Positions 11,694 to 22,663 of a stretch of 64,000 bases of DNA are shown piece after piece. This stretch comes from Macrostomum lignano (lineage: Eukaryota). Location: positions 6,138-70,137 of the forward strand of contig NIVC01003909.1 in the NCBI GenBank assembly GCA_002269645.1, in the 5' to 3' direction. Made by a program: the position numbers and the translations under genes. The notes under the pieces were generated by a model. The model saw nothing but the letters and a program-made list of their open reading frames with translations. It was not told where the DNA came from and did not search any database. Within the stretch, counting starts at the first letter, position 1. Every line of letters begins with the position of its first letter.

Positions 11694-12024
11694 GCACCTG
11701 GACGTGTCACCTGGACGTGTCACCTGGTCGTGTCACCTGGACCTGTCACCTGGACGTGTCACCTGGTCGTGTCACCTGGACGTGTCACCTGGTCGTGTCA
11801 CCTGGACGTGTCACCTGGTCGTGTCACCTGGTCGTGTCACCTGGTCGTGTCACCTGGATGTGTCACCTGGTCGTGTCACCTGGTCGTGTCACCTGGTCGT
11901 GTCACCTGGTCGTGTCACCTGGTCGTGTCACCTAGTCGTGTCACCTGGTCGTGACACCTGGTCGTGTCACCTGGTCGTGTTACCTGGTCGTGTCACCTGG
12001 TCGTGTCACCTGGTCGTGTCACCT
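11694..12024. repeat. Minisatellite, 13-bp unit (GTGTCACCTGGTC), ~25 copies
   Basis: Tandem periodicity read directly. Confidence 0.95.
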
Positions 12025-12843
12025 AGCCGAGGCTGGACGGCAACGAGAGGATCCAATGTGAGCCTGGAGCGAGGGGACCAAAGTTAAGAAGCAGGCCCCA
12101 ACGTTGCGGACGCTAGCCTTTGTCTAAGACACCCAACCTTGCTCGGCTCGCACCATCAGCAGCAGCAGCATCAACGATCTCAGCAGTACGCACATCAGCA
12201 ATCAGCCGATCAGCCCAGGACAGCAAGACCAGTTTAACAGGAGTTCATTGTGCTTCCCACGCTCAATTGTTTGCACAAGTGAAAGTTAGAAAAGTTCAAC
12301 CGGCTGAACTTGGTTTGCACTAAGAACTTCGGGTTCCCACGAAAACTGCTGAGATCAGCTCCCAAGATCTGCGACAGCGATACAGCTGCAACACTGGTGG
12401 AGCTGCCGAAGGATGCACGACAGCCGGGTCCGATCATGAAACTGGCTTGCAGGCGTCCAAACTTTCTCATCAAATATAATTCCCATACTTTCTAGCCATT
12501 CGAACTCTTTTGCTACGATTGCTATTGGTTACTGAGGCAGTTTTATGATAAATTTAAAAGAAGGCTGCGGAGTTGAGGCTTGGCGACTTGCGATCGAAAC
12601 TTGCAGTTGAACAGAAGAGCCATTGAAATTATAAGACTTTTTCTGCACATATTGAAATTTAAAAAATTCAAACTACAAATAGACGCCCATAGGCTCGCAT
12701 AGTAATGAAAAAAGCATTTCAAGGAGCGCTGGTAGAAGTCAATGTAGTGGAAATATGCAATGAAAATGGCCAAAAAACAAAACAAACTTGTAGTCACCCG
12801 AGTAGGTTCGGTTGCCCAGCCTAAGTACTCTAAGTGGTACCAG

Positions 12844-13862
12844 CAGGCATTGTGACGCTCTGCCAATGCGATACTGCTACTGACAGGCATTGTGACGCTC
12901 TGCCAATGCGATACTGCTACTGACAGGCATTGTGACGCTCTGCCAATGCGATACTGCTACTGACAGGCATTGTGACGCTCTGCCAATGCGATACTGCTAC
13001 TGACAGGCGTTGTGACGCTCTGCCAATGCGATACTGCTACTGGCAGGCATTGTGACGCTCTGCCAATGCGATACTGCTACTGGCAGGCATTGTGACGCTC
13101 TGCCAATGCGATACTGCTACTGGCAGGCATTGTGACGCTCTGCCAATGCGATACTGCTACTGACAGGCATTGTGACGCTCTGCCAATGCGATACTGCTAC
13201 TGACAGGCATTGTGACGCTCTGCCAATGCGATACTGCTACTGACAGGCATTGTGACGCTCTGCCAATGCGATACTGCTACTGACAGGCGTTGTGACGCTC
13301 TGCCAATGCTATACTGCTACTGGCAGGCATTGTGACGCTCTGCCAATGCGATACTGCTACTGGCAGGCATTGTGACGCTCTGCCAATGCGATACTGCTAC
13401 TGACAGGCATTGTGACGCTCTGCCAATGCGATACTGCTACTGACAGGCATTGTGACGCTCTGCCAATGCGATACTGCTACTGACAGGCATTGTGACGCTC
13501 TGCCAATGCTATACTGCTACTGACAGGCATTGTGACGCTCTGCCAATGCGATACTGCTACTGACAGGCATTGTGACGCTCTGCCAATGCGATACTGCTAC
13601 TGACAGGCATTGTGACGCTCTGCCAATGCTATACTGCTACTGACAGGCATTGTGACGCTCTGCCAATGCGATACTGCTACTGACAGGCATTGTGACGCTC
13701 TGCCAATGCGATACTGCTACTGACAGGCGTTGTGACGCTCTGCCAATGCTATACTGCTACTGACAGGCATTGTGACGCTCTGCCAATGCTATACTGCTAC
13801 TGACAGGCATTGTGACGCTCTGCCAATGCGATACTGCTACTGACAGGCATTGTGACGCTCTG
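12844..13862. repeat. Minisatellite, 40-bp unit (CAGGCATTGTGACGCTCTGCCAATGCGATACTGCTACTGA), ~25 highly homogeneous copies
   Basis: Unit starts at 12844, 12884 and so on; no unique spacers. Confidence 0.95.
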
Positions 13863-14784
13863 GGTACGAGTAAGCTTGTTTTGGCGTGATGATGCTCAGA
13901 ACTCGCGTTGCTCCCAGAGGTGCTGCGACACTCTCTGGTGCTTATACAGTGGTAGTACAGTACAATAAGTACAATAAAAGTACATATGCTCTCCCGCGAT
14001 ATGACGCTCTGGAAAGAAGTTACTGTAAGAGCGTAGCCTATCAAACTTCCCAGAAAAGAGTGAATACTCAAAGCAGGCGGCTACCAGTGGCTGAGTTACC
14101 GAACGCGCTTTTATTTGAGTTCTCACCGGTGGCAATAACTTACCAGGACACGGGGCGGTCTTGCTCGCTGGTGGATTTAGCGGTCTACAATTTACTTCTC
14201 TGGCCCGGTCTCGGGGTTAAATTTTAAAGCTTTTCGGCTGCTTACTCTTAACCGAATCTGTCTCTGAGACTTGTCAGACCGCTGTGAGTCGTGCGGCGTC
14301 ACAAAAAGGCGGGCGCAAGAAGGAACATGCAACAAGGGGTCGTGCAAAAAAGTATAAATATCAAGTCAGGCCTGAGGGCAGACGGCCCGGCCCCACCGGC
14401 TAAGCCGACAAAAATAGAGACCCGCACCGGCCAGCCAATCAAAACCCCGCCTGGGGGAGGGGTGCAGCGCCCGCGCCAAAGCCGGCCCGGCCGCAGCCAA
14501 CCAACTCAGAGCATGGGGCAGGGCGCACGGTTGGGGAGGGGTGCGCACAAAGCCCAGCGGCCAAGCGAACCTTGCCACGAACGCCAACCCCCCCCCCTCA
14601 GCGAGTCCTAAAGTGCATCGCGCCCTGCCAAAAAGACAAGGGCACATGCACTACAAACATCCTGCTGCTTTGAGCAATTCTCTTTTGACTCTTGCACTAA
14701 TGATGCAATCGCGGTCGAATAAAAAGCCTAAATGTGCGACTTCAACTCGAGCGAAGTCACGAGTGAGAACTGAGAGTGCAAATG

Positions 14785-15580
14785 TTACTCAGCCTCCACC
14801 TTATCCCCACTGCGCATCTCCTCTTGTGTCTCATCAGTGTGAGCGACTGCAGCACTAACTTCACTTAGCAAAAGATTAGCCTCTTCAGCAGAAAAAGTAA
14901 GCTTGCAAGCAGCAGGCAACTCAAGGACAGACTGAAGCAGATTTTTACCATTGTCAGCAGCGCAGTTCTTACGGCTGAAGCTACTGCCAAGAAGCTGGTT
15001 GACAATTATCGATCTAAAAGCTGCAGCTGCCTGCCTGTACTCAGGACAATTGTTGAAGCCGCCTCTTCTCCTCATGCAATTTTCCTCCTTATGCAGGAAA
15101 TGCTGTTCTCTACAGGACCTGGGGTGAAATTTCTGTTTCAGTCGCTTGCTCCGGTTTCACGTCACGCCTCAGCAGTGCTCATACACCCTGCCTCCTACCG
15201 GCTTTCTACTTTCTACCGGCTTGCCCGTGTTTTAATCTATAACCACATACCGGGTGGCGCATAAGTATTAAGTAACTATATAGATTTAAACCTTGTCTAT
15301 GTCGAGGTATATGGTCACTTGCTCGCTAACGAGCCGCTGCTTACCATAGGTATGTATTTTAGCAGAGCATGCCACTCCCTGTTCTTCTTCGGGCACACTG
15401 GAAAGGACCCTTCGTCTGCCCTTCGGTTTTGCATATGAAGCCATCTCTTTTAGTGCTTGAATGTTGAGCACTGCTGACCAGAGACAAATAGACATCCGAA
15501 AGTCTCGACTCGCCACCATAGCCGTCAGGGAGGGACAAGCCGGAAAAAATTGCAAAAAAATTGTTAAGTGCCATCCAGCC
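14785..15580 (-). mobile_element. Decayed P-element/THAP9-type transposase, C-terminal fragment
   Basis: Minus strand reads RNFTPGPVENSISCIRR then MRRRGGFNNCP...AAAFRSII, resembling the P-transposase motif R.F.QD.LE.FFS.IR.RGG.NNNP...F..AFR. ALNNFFAIFS resembles N.LFDI.NS. Frameshifts present. Confidence 0.55.
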
Positions 15581-15857
15581 TACTTAATTTTTCACAATTA
15601 GCTAGCGTAGAAAGTAGTTCATTCTTGTGGCTAGAAAATTTCTCAAAATGCGTAATGGAGCATTCTGCTTTTATTCTGTGGGACGCAATAGTCACATTGT
15701 ATTGACAATTTATTTGATTGTCCGATTTCAGTTAAAATTGAATAAGCTCTTAGGGAGCGCCGTGACGCAGAATCACCAACATGAGCAGCGGGTCCGCCAC
15801 CGTCACCGCGTTGATCGCTGCCAGGGCTGCCATCTCCGCTCACTTGAAGGTGTCGCA

Positions 15858-16348
15858 AGTGATACTCATTGTGAGCCAGTGACACTCATTGTGAGCTAGT
15901 GACACTCATTTTGAGCCAGTGACACTCATTTTGAGCCAGTGACACTCATTTCAAGCAAGTGATACTCATTGTGAGCCAGTGACACTCATTTCAAGCAAGT
16001 GATACTCATTGCGAGCCAGTGACACTCATTTCAAGCAAGTGATACTCATTGCGAGCCAGTGACACTCATTTCAAGCAAGTGATACTCATTGCGAGCCAGT
16101 GACACTCATTTCAAGCAAGTGATACTCATTGCGAGCCAGTGACACTCATTTCAAGCAAGTGATACTCATTGCGAGCCAGTGACACTCATTTCAAGCAAGT
16201 GATACTCATTGCGAGCCAGTGACACTCATTTTTAGTCAGTGACACTCATTTGTAGCCAGTGATACTCATTTTTAGTCAGTGACATTCAGTTTGAGCCAGT
16301 GACATTCAGTTTGAGCCGGTGACACTCATTTTTAACCAGTGACACTCA
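15858..16348. repeat. Minisatellite, 20-bp unit (GTGACACTCATTGTGAGCCA) with a 40-bp higher-order dimer
   Basis: Alternating GTGACACTCATTTCAAGCAA and GTGATACTCATTGCGAGCCA units. Confidence 0.92.
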
Positions 16349-16577
16349 ACACCAGTGACCAGTGACACTCTGATACTATTACTACTCATTAGTAGCAAAG
16401 CAAAATTCAAAACTACAAGCTCTTTCCCTTGACTTTCCGAACCTCGAGCGCCCGGACCAATCAGCACCGGCGAAGTGGCTCATCTCCTGCATTATAGGGG
16501 ATCATTTACTCACTGCACAGCTCATTTGGCTGTATGCTGTCTCGCAGGATTTTTTAGATCAGATCATCTAAAATCGC

Positions 16578-17655
16578 ATGAATTCAATGTTGATAGCCCT
16601 ATTATTCGCGGCTGTTTGGTGAGTTCCGAAGGAGTGCGGGCCAGAGTTGCTTGCTGAGTTGTAGCCGTGCGTCGATGGTGGAATATCAAGCATCCTCGTT
16701 TTCACAGAGCCCTCAGGATGCACATAAACTCCATAAAAAGCGTCATCTCGAAAATGCGTTATGTCAAACATAGATGAAACATCATGTCAAACATAGATGA
16801 AACATCATGTCAAACATAGATGAAACATCATGTCAAACATAGATGAAACATCATGTCAAACATAGATGAAACATCATGTCAAACATAGATGAAACATCAT
16901 GTCAAACATAGATGAAACATCATGTCAAACATAGATGAAACATCATGTCAAACATAGATGAAACATCATGTCAAACATAAATGAAACATCATGTCAAACA
17001 TAAATGAAGCACCATGTCAAGCATAAAAGCGTCATGTCGAAAAGAAGCGTCATGTCCAGCAAAAGATTCTTTTGAGAAATTGTTGAGAAGTCAAAGCTTT
17101 CGGGGGGGGTTGCTGAGATGTAGTTTGTTCATAAGCTTATATTCAATTCTTTGTTGCAGGGGGGGGGGGGGAGGGCGCTGCTTGCTAGTACTAGCTAAAA
17201 ACACAAATTTCTCATATTTCAGGATGCAGCCGATGACCCAGGCTCCCGTGAGGCTGCTGACGCCTGTCTCCTGCAATCAGAGTTCCACCTTTCACTTCAC
17301 CAGCTGCGACAGGGCCATCGACGGCAGCACAGCGCAGTACTGGAACTCTGACAGCTGCTCAGCTACCAACAGCTCAGACACGGCAGCCTGGTGGCAGGCC
17401 GAGCTCGGCTCCCCAGCTCGAGTCGACTTCGTCACCCTGTGGAATCGAGCCGACTGCTGCCCGGAGAGGCTGGCGAACTTCCAGCTGCTGATGGATGGAG
17501 TTCAGTGCGCCAGCTACTCCACAGAGACTCCCGAGTCCGTCTTCAATGTGAGCTGCGGTCTCAGCGGCAGGGTGCTGCGGGTTCAGACCCTGACAGGAGT
17601 GGTCCTGACCATCTGCGAGATTCGCTTCTTCCAGCTGATGGGTGAGCGCTCTTAG
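16578..17655 (+). CDS. Secreted single-domain F-type lectin, copy 3; exons 16578-16618 and 17223-17655 (~157 aa)
   Basis: The 41-nt exon MNSMLIALLFAAV plus TG|GTGAGT joins TTTCAG|G in phase 2, giving signal peptide MNSMLIALLFAAVWMQPMTQA. Complete domain (CDRAIDG...CSAT...WWQ...NRADCCPER...LTICE). Stop TAG at the same position as in copy 1. Confidence 0.85.
16761..17020. repeat. Intronic minisatellite, 23-bp unit (ATGTCAAACATAGATGAAACATC), ~11 copies
   Basis: Tandem periodicity inside the lectin copy 3 intron. Confidence 0.92.
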
Positions 17656-19407
17656 TGGTTTCATTTCGCTTCAGAAATTCCCAAGATGATGTGGCTATCA
17701 GGTAGAGCTAAGGTAAGATTTCATAATTCTTGATATTTTTTAATAAGTTGGCTGGTTTGTCAGAACTGCTGTATCAGTAAGTGCGCCGCTTATTCCGTGT
17801 TTGATTTGAATTTGCATTTGCTGTTCAAGCAATATGGCTCTGACCAATGGCTACTGCTACTGCTCCTACTGACTCCGTTGCTGGGCTCAGTGCTGCGTAC
17901 ATTTACAGAATATAATTGAGACGCTCATAAAATGCTGCGAGAAAATTGACAACTTATCGATGTCAAGCAAGTGTGGGAAAGGTAGCATCTGGCAGTGCAT
18001 GATTACAGTGCAAGCCTTGTGTCAGGGTGCTGCACCAGAGACAGATTCCACTGGATAATTTATGTTTTTTGCCAAGTCAATCAAGATCACGAGAATGTTT
18101 TGATTGGAATTCTTGATTTGAATCGGGCTTAGATGCAGCTCTACTCCTGCAAGTCTATATACTAGTTTTGCGCTGTTTTTCTGTCTGTCATTGATTTTTT
18201 GACAACCGTCCTGCCGATTTTCTTAAAATTAGCTTTAAAAAACAATTTTTTTAATATATTAGAAAAACGATGTTTAGTAAAGCTTTCGTGTTTTTTGCTA
18301 AGGTCAAGCAGTTCGTACACTCGAAGGTTGATAAGCCAATTGTTAAAAATAGTCGACTTTAAATACATGAAGATCTCTGAAATTTGTGCGTGAGGTTTGC
18401 CACAGCGCATACATGCTAGACGATTCAATGGTCCTCGGCCCAGTAAGCAAAGAAAAACTGTGAATTGGGTCATTAGATTTGACTTTTGCTGTCTTGTGAG
18501 ACCTGGTGCAACGTACAACGCCCTCATACGAACTTCACACGCTCTCACAGGTTGTAATGCAGCCCAGATCTTGTTATTAACATAGGCATGCACACTCGAT
18601 CTGTGCCTTGGGGCTTGGCCCCCTTATGGCCGCCAATCGCCCGGCCAATTTCCGTGCCCACCAGCCCCAAATGAATGTCGCCGCAAACCGAATCGAAACT
18701 GACGGTTGTGACGCGAGAGTCACACGCGTTTATCGCTGAGTTGCTTGGTTCCAACCTTGAGTGTGGCTTCTCAAAGTCCCACCGCCCTCCATAGCTCACA
18801 TCCGACTTCTATTCTCTCTCACACCAGGGGTTGTGCCAGAAGTTCCGTTTCTTCTGCTCCAATATTGACACCAAGGATGTCGCATTCAGACTTACGCACG
18901 TACGAGGCATTGCTAGACATTCTGACTTTAATTTCAACAGAAGCCCTCTTTGGGCTGCCTCGAAGTCGCTTTGACGCTCCTGCAGTTCCGAAGCTCACTT
19001 AGTCACGACTTCCGACTAAATTACGGCTATGTTTCTACCGTTTCTAGCACCGTGGAAAGCGAGAGACAGACTGCTCTTCAGCTCTCTCAGGGAGTTTAAT
19101 TAATCTAAAATATGACATTCGAAAAAACATTCGTTATATAATAACAATAGAAGCATTAAGCTGAGCTTTAGATGGAGGACAGCCATCCTGAAATATTAAA
19201 CCATCTGTTCTGAGCAGTTCAAATTCTGTGAAACAACTAAAAGGCGCCTGAAACAACACCAGCTGCGAACATCTCAACTGTCTGGAATGTGAACTCACTG
19301 AAAAGGTCCGGAACAATATCAGGACAGGCTTCCCCGTTCAAGTCAACTTTGTCAGCCCTTCATCAGTGGATTAAAACTTAGTGGATTAAATCAGTGGATT
19401 ATACATG

Positions 19408-19692
19408 TAATAATAATTGATGATCAGATTGGCAACCGACAGCTCAGCCGCAGCTATTGCGTGCCGCATCTGAAGGCTGCGTACGGCTGTTCGGTCCAAG
19501 GACTGGGGGGTCGCCACACACCCTCTCAATTACCCCAGCTAATGCTGGCACCCATTTTACAGCTGCGTGGACTGAAGCAATGCAGAGTTAAGTGTCTTGT
19601 TTAAGGACACAAATTGTTCCGAATAGGTCGAGAATCGAACTCCCGACCTTTCAGTCGCGAGTCCGACGCTCTGACCACTGGGCTACAACCCC
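19408..19692 (-). mobile_element. tRNA-derived SINE with CORE-like central domain (copy A)
   Basis: Minus strand: A box TAGCCCAGTGG, B box GTTCGATTC, then GTGTCCTTAAACAAGACACTTAAC...CTGTAAAATGGG (resembles the CORE consensus), a body shared with 42675-43010, and an AT-rich tail. Confidence 0.8.
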
Positions 19693-19788
19693 TTCAATCG
19701 GCGATGATTGATCGAAAGTTATTACAAGAGACTAAAAGAAATGCCGTGAAAGTCGAGAAGATACTGTCGAGGGCTTCATATAAAAAGT

Positions 19789-19794
19789 TTTATT
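19789..19794 (-). terminator. Polyadenylation signal AATAAA of the prepropeptide gene
   Basis: About 83 nt downstream of the stop on the coding strand. Confidence 0.6.
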
Positions 19795-19876
19795 TAATGG
19801 CAGCATGAAGAAGCTGCTGTAAACGCAGCGGGGAGTTTCATCCAGAAGCCAATAGTCTCTATCGATTCGACAACCT

Positions 19877-20113
19877 TCAGCCGCGGAAGAAGCGAAACCT
19901 CCACCTCCTCCTGCGCCAGCGGACGAACCATTTCTGCTGGGCGGCGAGCTCCTCCTCGAGCTCCGAGCTGCTCGGCTCCTCCAGGTCGGCCAGCGGCCCG
20001 TCGGCCTCATCATCGTCCGGTCGCTCGGCCTCGCCGTTGGCGCCCGCCGGCAGCAGCGCCAGCAGCAGCAAAGCCGAGGCAGTCAGCATTGCGAGACAAA
20101 ACCGGAGCTTCAT
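19877..20113 (-). CDS. 78-aa prepropeptide: signal peptide, acidic pro-region, Arg/Trp/Phe-rich C-terminal peptide ending in Gly (candidate amidated antimicrobial peptide)
   Basis: MKLRFCLAMLTASALLLLALLPAGANG / EAERPDDDEADGPLADLEEPSSSELEEELAAQQ / KWFVRWRRRRWRFRFFRG*. Single exon, ATG at 20113, TATA upstream and AATAAA downstream. Confidence 0.8.
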   Translation of the reverse strand: MKLRFCLAMLTASALLLLALLPAGANGEAERPDDDEADGPLADLEEPSSSELEEELAAQQKWFVRWRRRRWRFRFFRG

Positions 20114-20172
20114 TGTGACTCGTGTAGTGCAGCTGGTTGCGATCTCCAACACTCGAGCTGTTCACGCCAGCT

Positions 20173-20180
20173 TATTTATA
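20173..20180 (-). promoter_or_regulatory. TATA box (TATAAATA) of the prepropeptide gene
   Basis: 60 nt upstream of the ATG on the coding strand. Confidence 0.65.
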
Positions 20181-20676
20181 GATATACGCCCGATCCGCTC
20201 CGCACATTGCCTTTGCCAAGGTCGGAAACACGTGAGAGACGGCTTGAGAAGAAGCCCTCGAGCCTCTTACTGTTCGGTTTAATTTATCAAATTAATTTCG
20301 CGAGAAAATAAGTTTCATTGCACACGAATACGAGTACTGCGACATCAACAGTGTGAGTCTGGGAAATTCTCTGCTTTCATTTAGCCTTGGCAGTGATGCA
20401 GTGTTGGCAGTGGGAGTCCTGCCAGGCCCCAGACAAGCCCTTTGTCTCCGAGACAAAATGCTAAATCTAGTTTTCTACCTTGCACACAGCAGTTGTAATA
20501 AATTTACCTGAGAACAAACTAATTCCGACTGAGAACGAGTACCCACACCAGCACAATGAGCACCTTTTATCTTGGTTCTCATTCAGTTTAGTAGACTCAA
20601 AGAATAAGATATTCAATTAGGCACGCTTGCTAAAATTAGCAAAAAAATTGCCATTTAAATCGGTTAAAACTTGCGG

Positions 20677-22087
20677 CCCCGATCTCTAACAGGCCGCTAG
20701 TTCACTGAGTGTCTAACACATTCACAGCTCCGATCTCTAACAGGCCGCAAGTTCACTGAGTGTCTAACACATTCACAGCCCCGATCTCTAACAGGCCGCT
20801 AGTTCACGGAGTGTCTAACACATTAACAGCTCCGATCTCTAACAGGCCGCTAGTTCACTGAGTGTCTAACACATTCAGAGCTCCGATCTCTAACAGTTCA
20901 CACTGAGTGTCTAACACATTCACAGCTCCGATCTCTAACAGGCCGCAAGTTCACTGAGTGTCTAACACATTCACAGCCCCGATCTCTAACAGGCCGCTAG
21001 TTCACGGAGTGTCTAACACATTAACAGCTCCGATCTCTTACAGGCCGCTAGTTCACGGAGTGTCTAACACATTCAGAGCTCCGATCTCTAACAGTTCACA
21101 CTGAGTGTCTAACACATTCACAGCTCCGATCTCTAACAGGCCGCAAGTTCACTGAGCGTCTAACACATTCACAGCTCCGATCTCTAACAGGCTGCTAGTT
21201 CACTGAGTGTCTAACACATTCACAGCTCCGATCTCTAACAGGCCGCAAGTTCACTGAGCGTCTAACACATTCACAGCTCCGATCTCTAACAGGCCGCAAG
21301 TTCACTGAGCGTCTAACACATTCACAGCCCCGATCTCTAACAGGCCGCAAGTTCACTGAGCGTCTAACACATTAACAGCTCCGATCTCTAACAGGCCACT
21401 AGTTCACGGAGTGTCTAACACATTCAGAGCTCCGATCTCTAACAGTTCACACTGAGTGTCTAACACATTCAGAGCTCCGATCTCTAACAGGCCGCAAGTT
21501 CACTGAGTGTCTAACACATTCACAGCTCCGATCTCTTACAGGCCGCTAGTTCACTGAGTGTCTAACACATTCAGAGCTCCGATCTCTAACAGTTCACACT
21601 GAGTGTCTAACACATTCAGAGCTCCGATCTCTAACAGTTCACTGAGTGTCTAACACATTCAGAGCTCCGATCTCTAACAGGCCGCAAGTTCACTGAGTGT
21701 CTAACACATTCACAGCTCCGATCTCTTACAGGCCGCTAGTTCACTGAGTGTCTAACACATTCAGAGCTCCGATCTCTAACAGTTCACTGAGTGTCTAACA
21801 CATTCACAGCTCCGATCTCTTACAGGCCGCTAGTTCACGGAGTGTCTAACACATTCAGAGCTCCGATCTCTAACAGTTCACACTGAGTGTCTAACACATT
21901 CAGAGCTCCGATCTCTAACAGTTCACACTGAGTGTCTAACACATTCAGAGCTCCGATCTCTAACAGTTCACTGAGTGTCTAACACATTCAGAGCTCCGAT
22001 CTCTAACAGTTCACACTGAGTGTCTAACACATTCAGAGCTCCGATCTCTAACAGTTCACGGAGTGTCTAACACATTTACAGCTCCGA
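20677..22087. repeat. Minisatellite, 51-bp unit with 45- and 43-bp deletion variants (CCGATCTCTAACAGGCCGCTAGTTCACTGAGTGTCTAACACATTCACAGCT)
   Basis: Units start at 20679, 20730 and so on; short variants become more frequent toward the right end. Confidence 0.95.
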
Positions 22088-22663
22088 TAAAAATAAATTA
22101 ATAATGGAAGATTCACAAGTATCCAATTTGAGATTCAGAAGCCGTTGGTATTAATTATATCCCTAGCTTTAACAAATTTAATTTGTAAAATGTGTTTTTA
22201 ATTAAGCCTTTTCATTTTACACATTGCAGCACAAGATGAACTAATAATTGATCAATTAAGCAATCGATTGAATTCGCCGTGCAATTAAAATGCATTAAAT
22301 GCTACAAATCAGGGGAAAATTGGGATAAAAATCGAACTGATAAGAACGCGATCGGTGCAAGATAAACACTGGTGTAAAGTGTGCAAAGTACACGAATAAA
22401 CACCCGCATTTGGTGCACAACATTTTGCTAGCAATTTCCAATCGATACTTTAGCAAATAAAAGCAAAGAACAAAGTCGCTTTGACTAGAATGAACTGGAG
22501 TGGAATAACAACTGCATGTCTGCGGCTGGTGTTCAGCTGATACTACTGATATTTTGCTCACTTGTTAAGTAGTATAAGGAGGATATGTTGAAAAAATTGG
22601 CGTAAATAGCAGAAATTAAAATCTTTTTGTTGAAGTGAAAACCTTAAGTATCTATCATGCGAT

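Noticed and set aside
12060-12480. Possible hAT transposase remnant (GVHCASH)
   Set aside because: One short motif only; no TIRs or further domains found.
12844-13862. CRISPR-like appearance of the 40-bp array, and likewise the 51-bp array at 20677-22087
   Set aside because: Units are contiguous with no unique spacers, there are no cas genes, and the context is eukaryotic.
6764-17641. One multi-domain lectin gene with tandem cassette exons
   Set aside because: Domain exons enter in phase 2 and would exit in phase 1, so they cannot be chained; copies 2 and 3 each have their own signal exon and promoter.
19620-19692. Possible tRNA gene
   Set aside because: Acceptor and anticodon stems pair poorly, and the head is joined to a repeated SINE body with a second copy at 42675.
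20361-20370. kappaB-like site GGGAAATTCT upstream of the peptide gene
   Set aside because: Imperfect single 10-mer expected by chance; NF-kappaB presence in this host is unknown.
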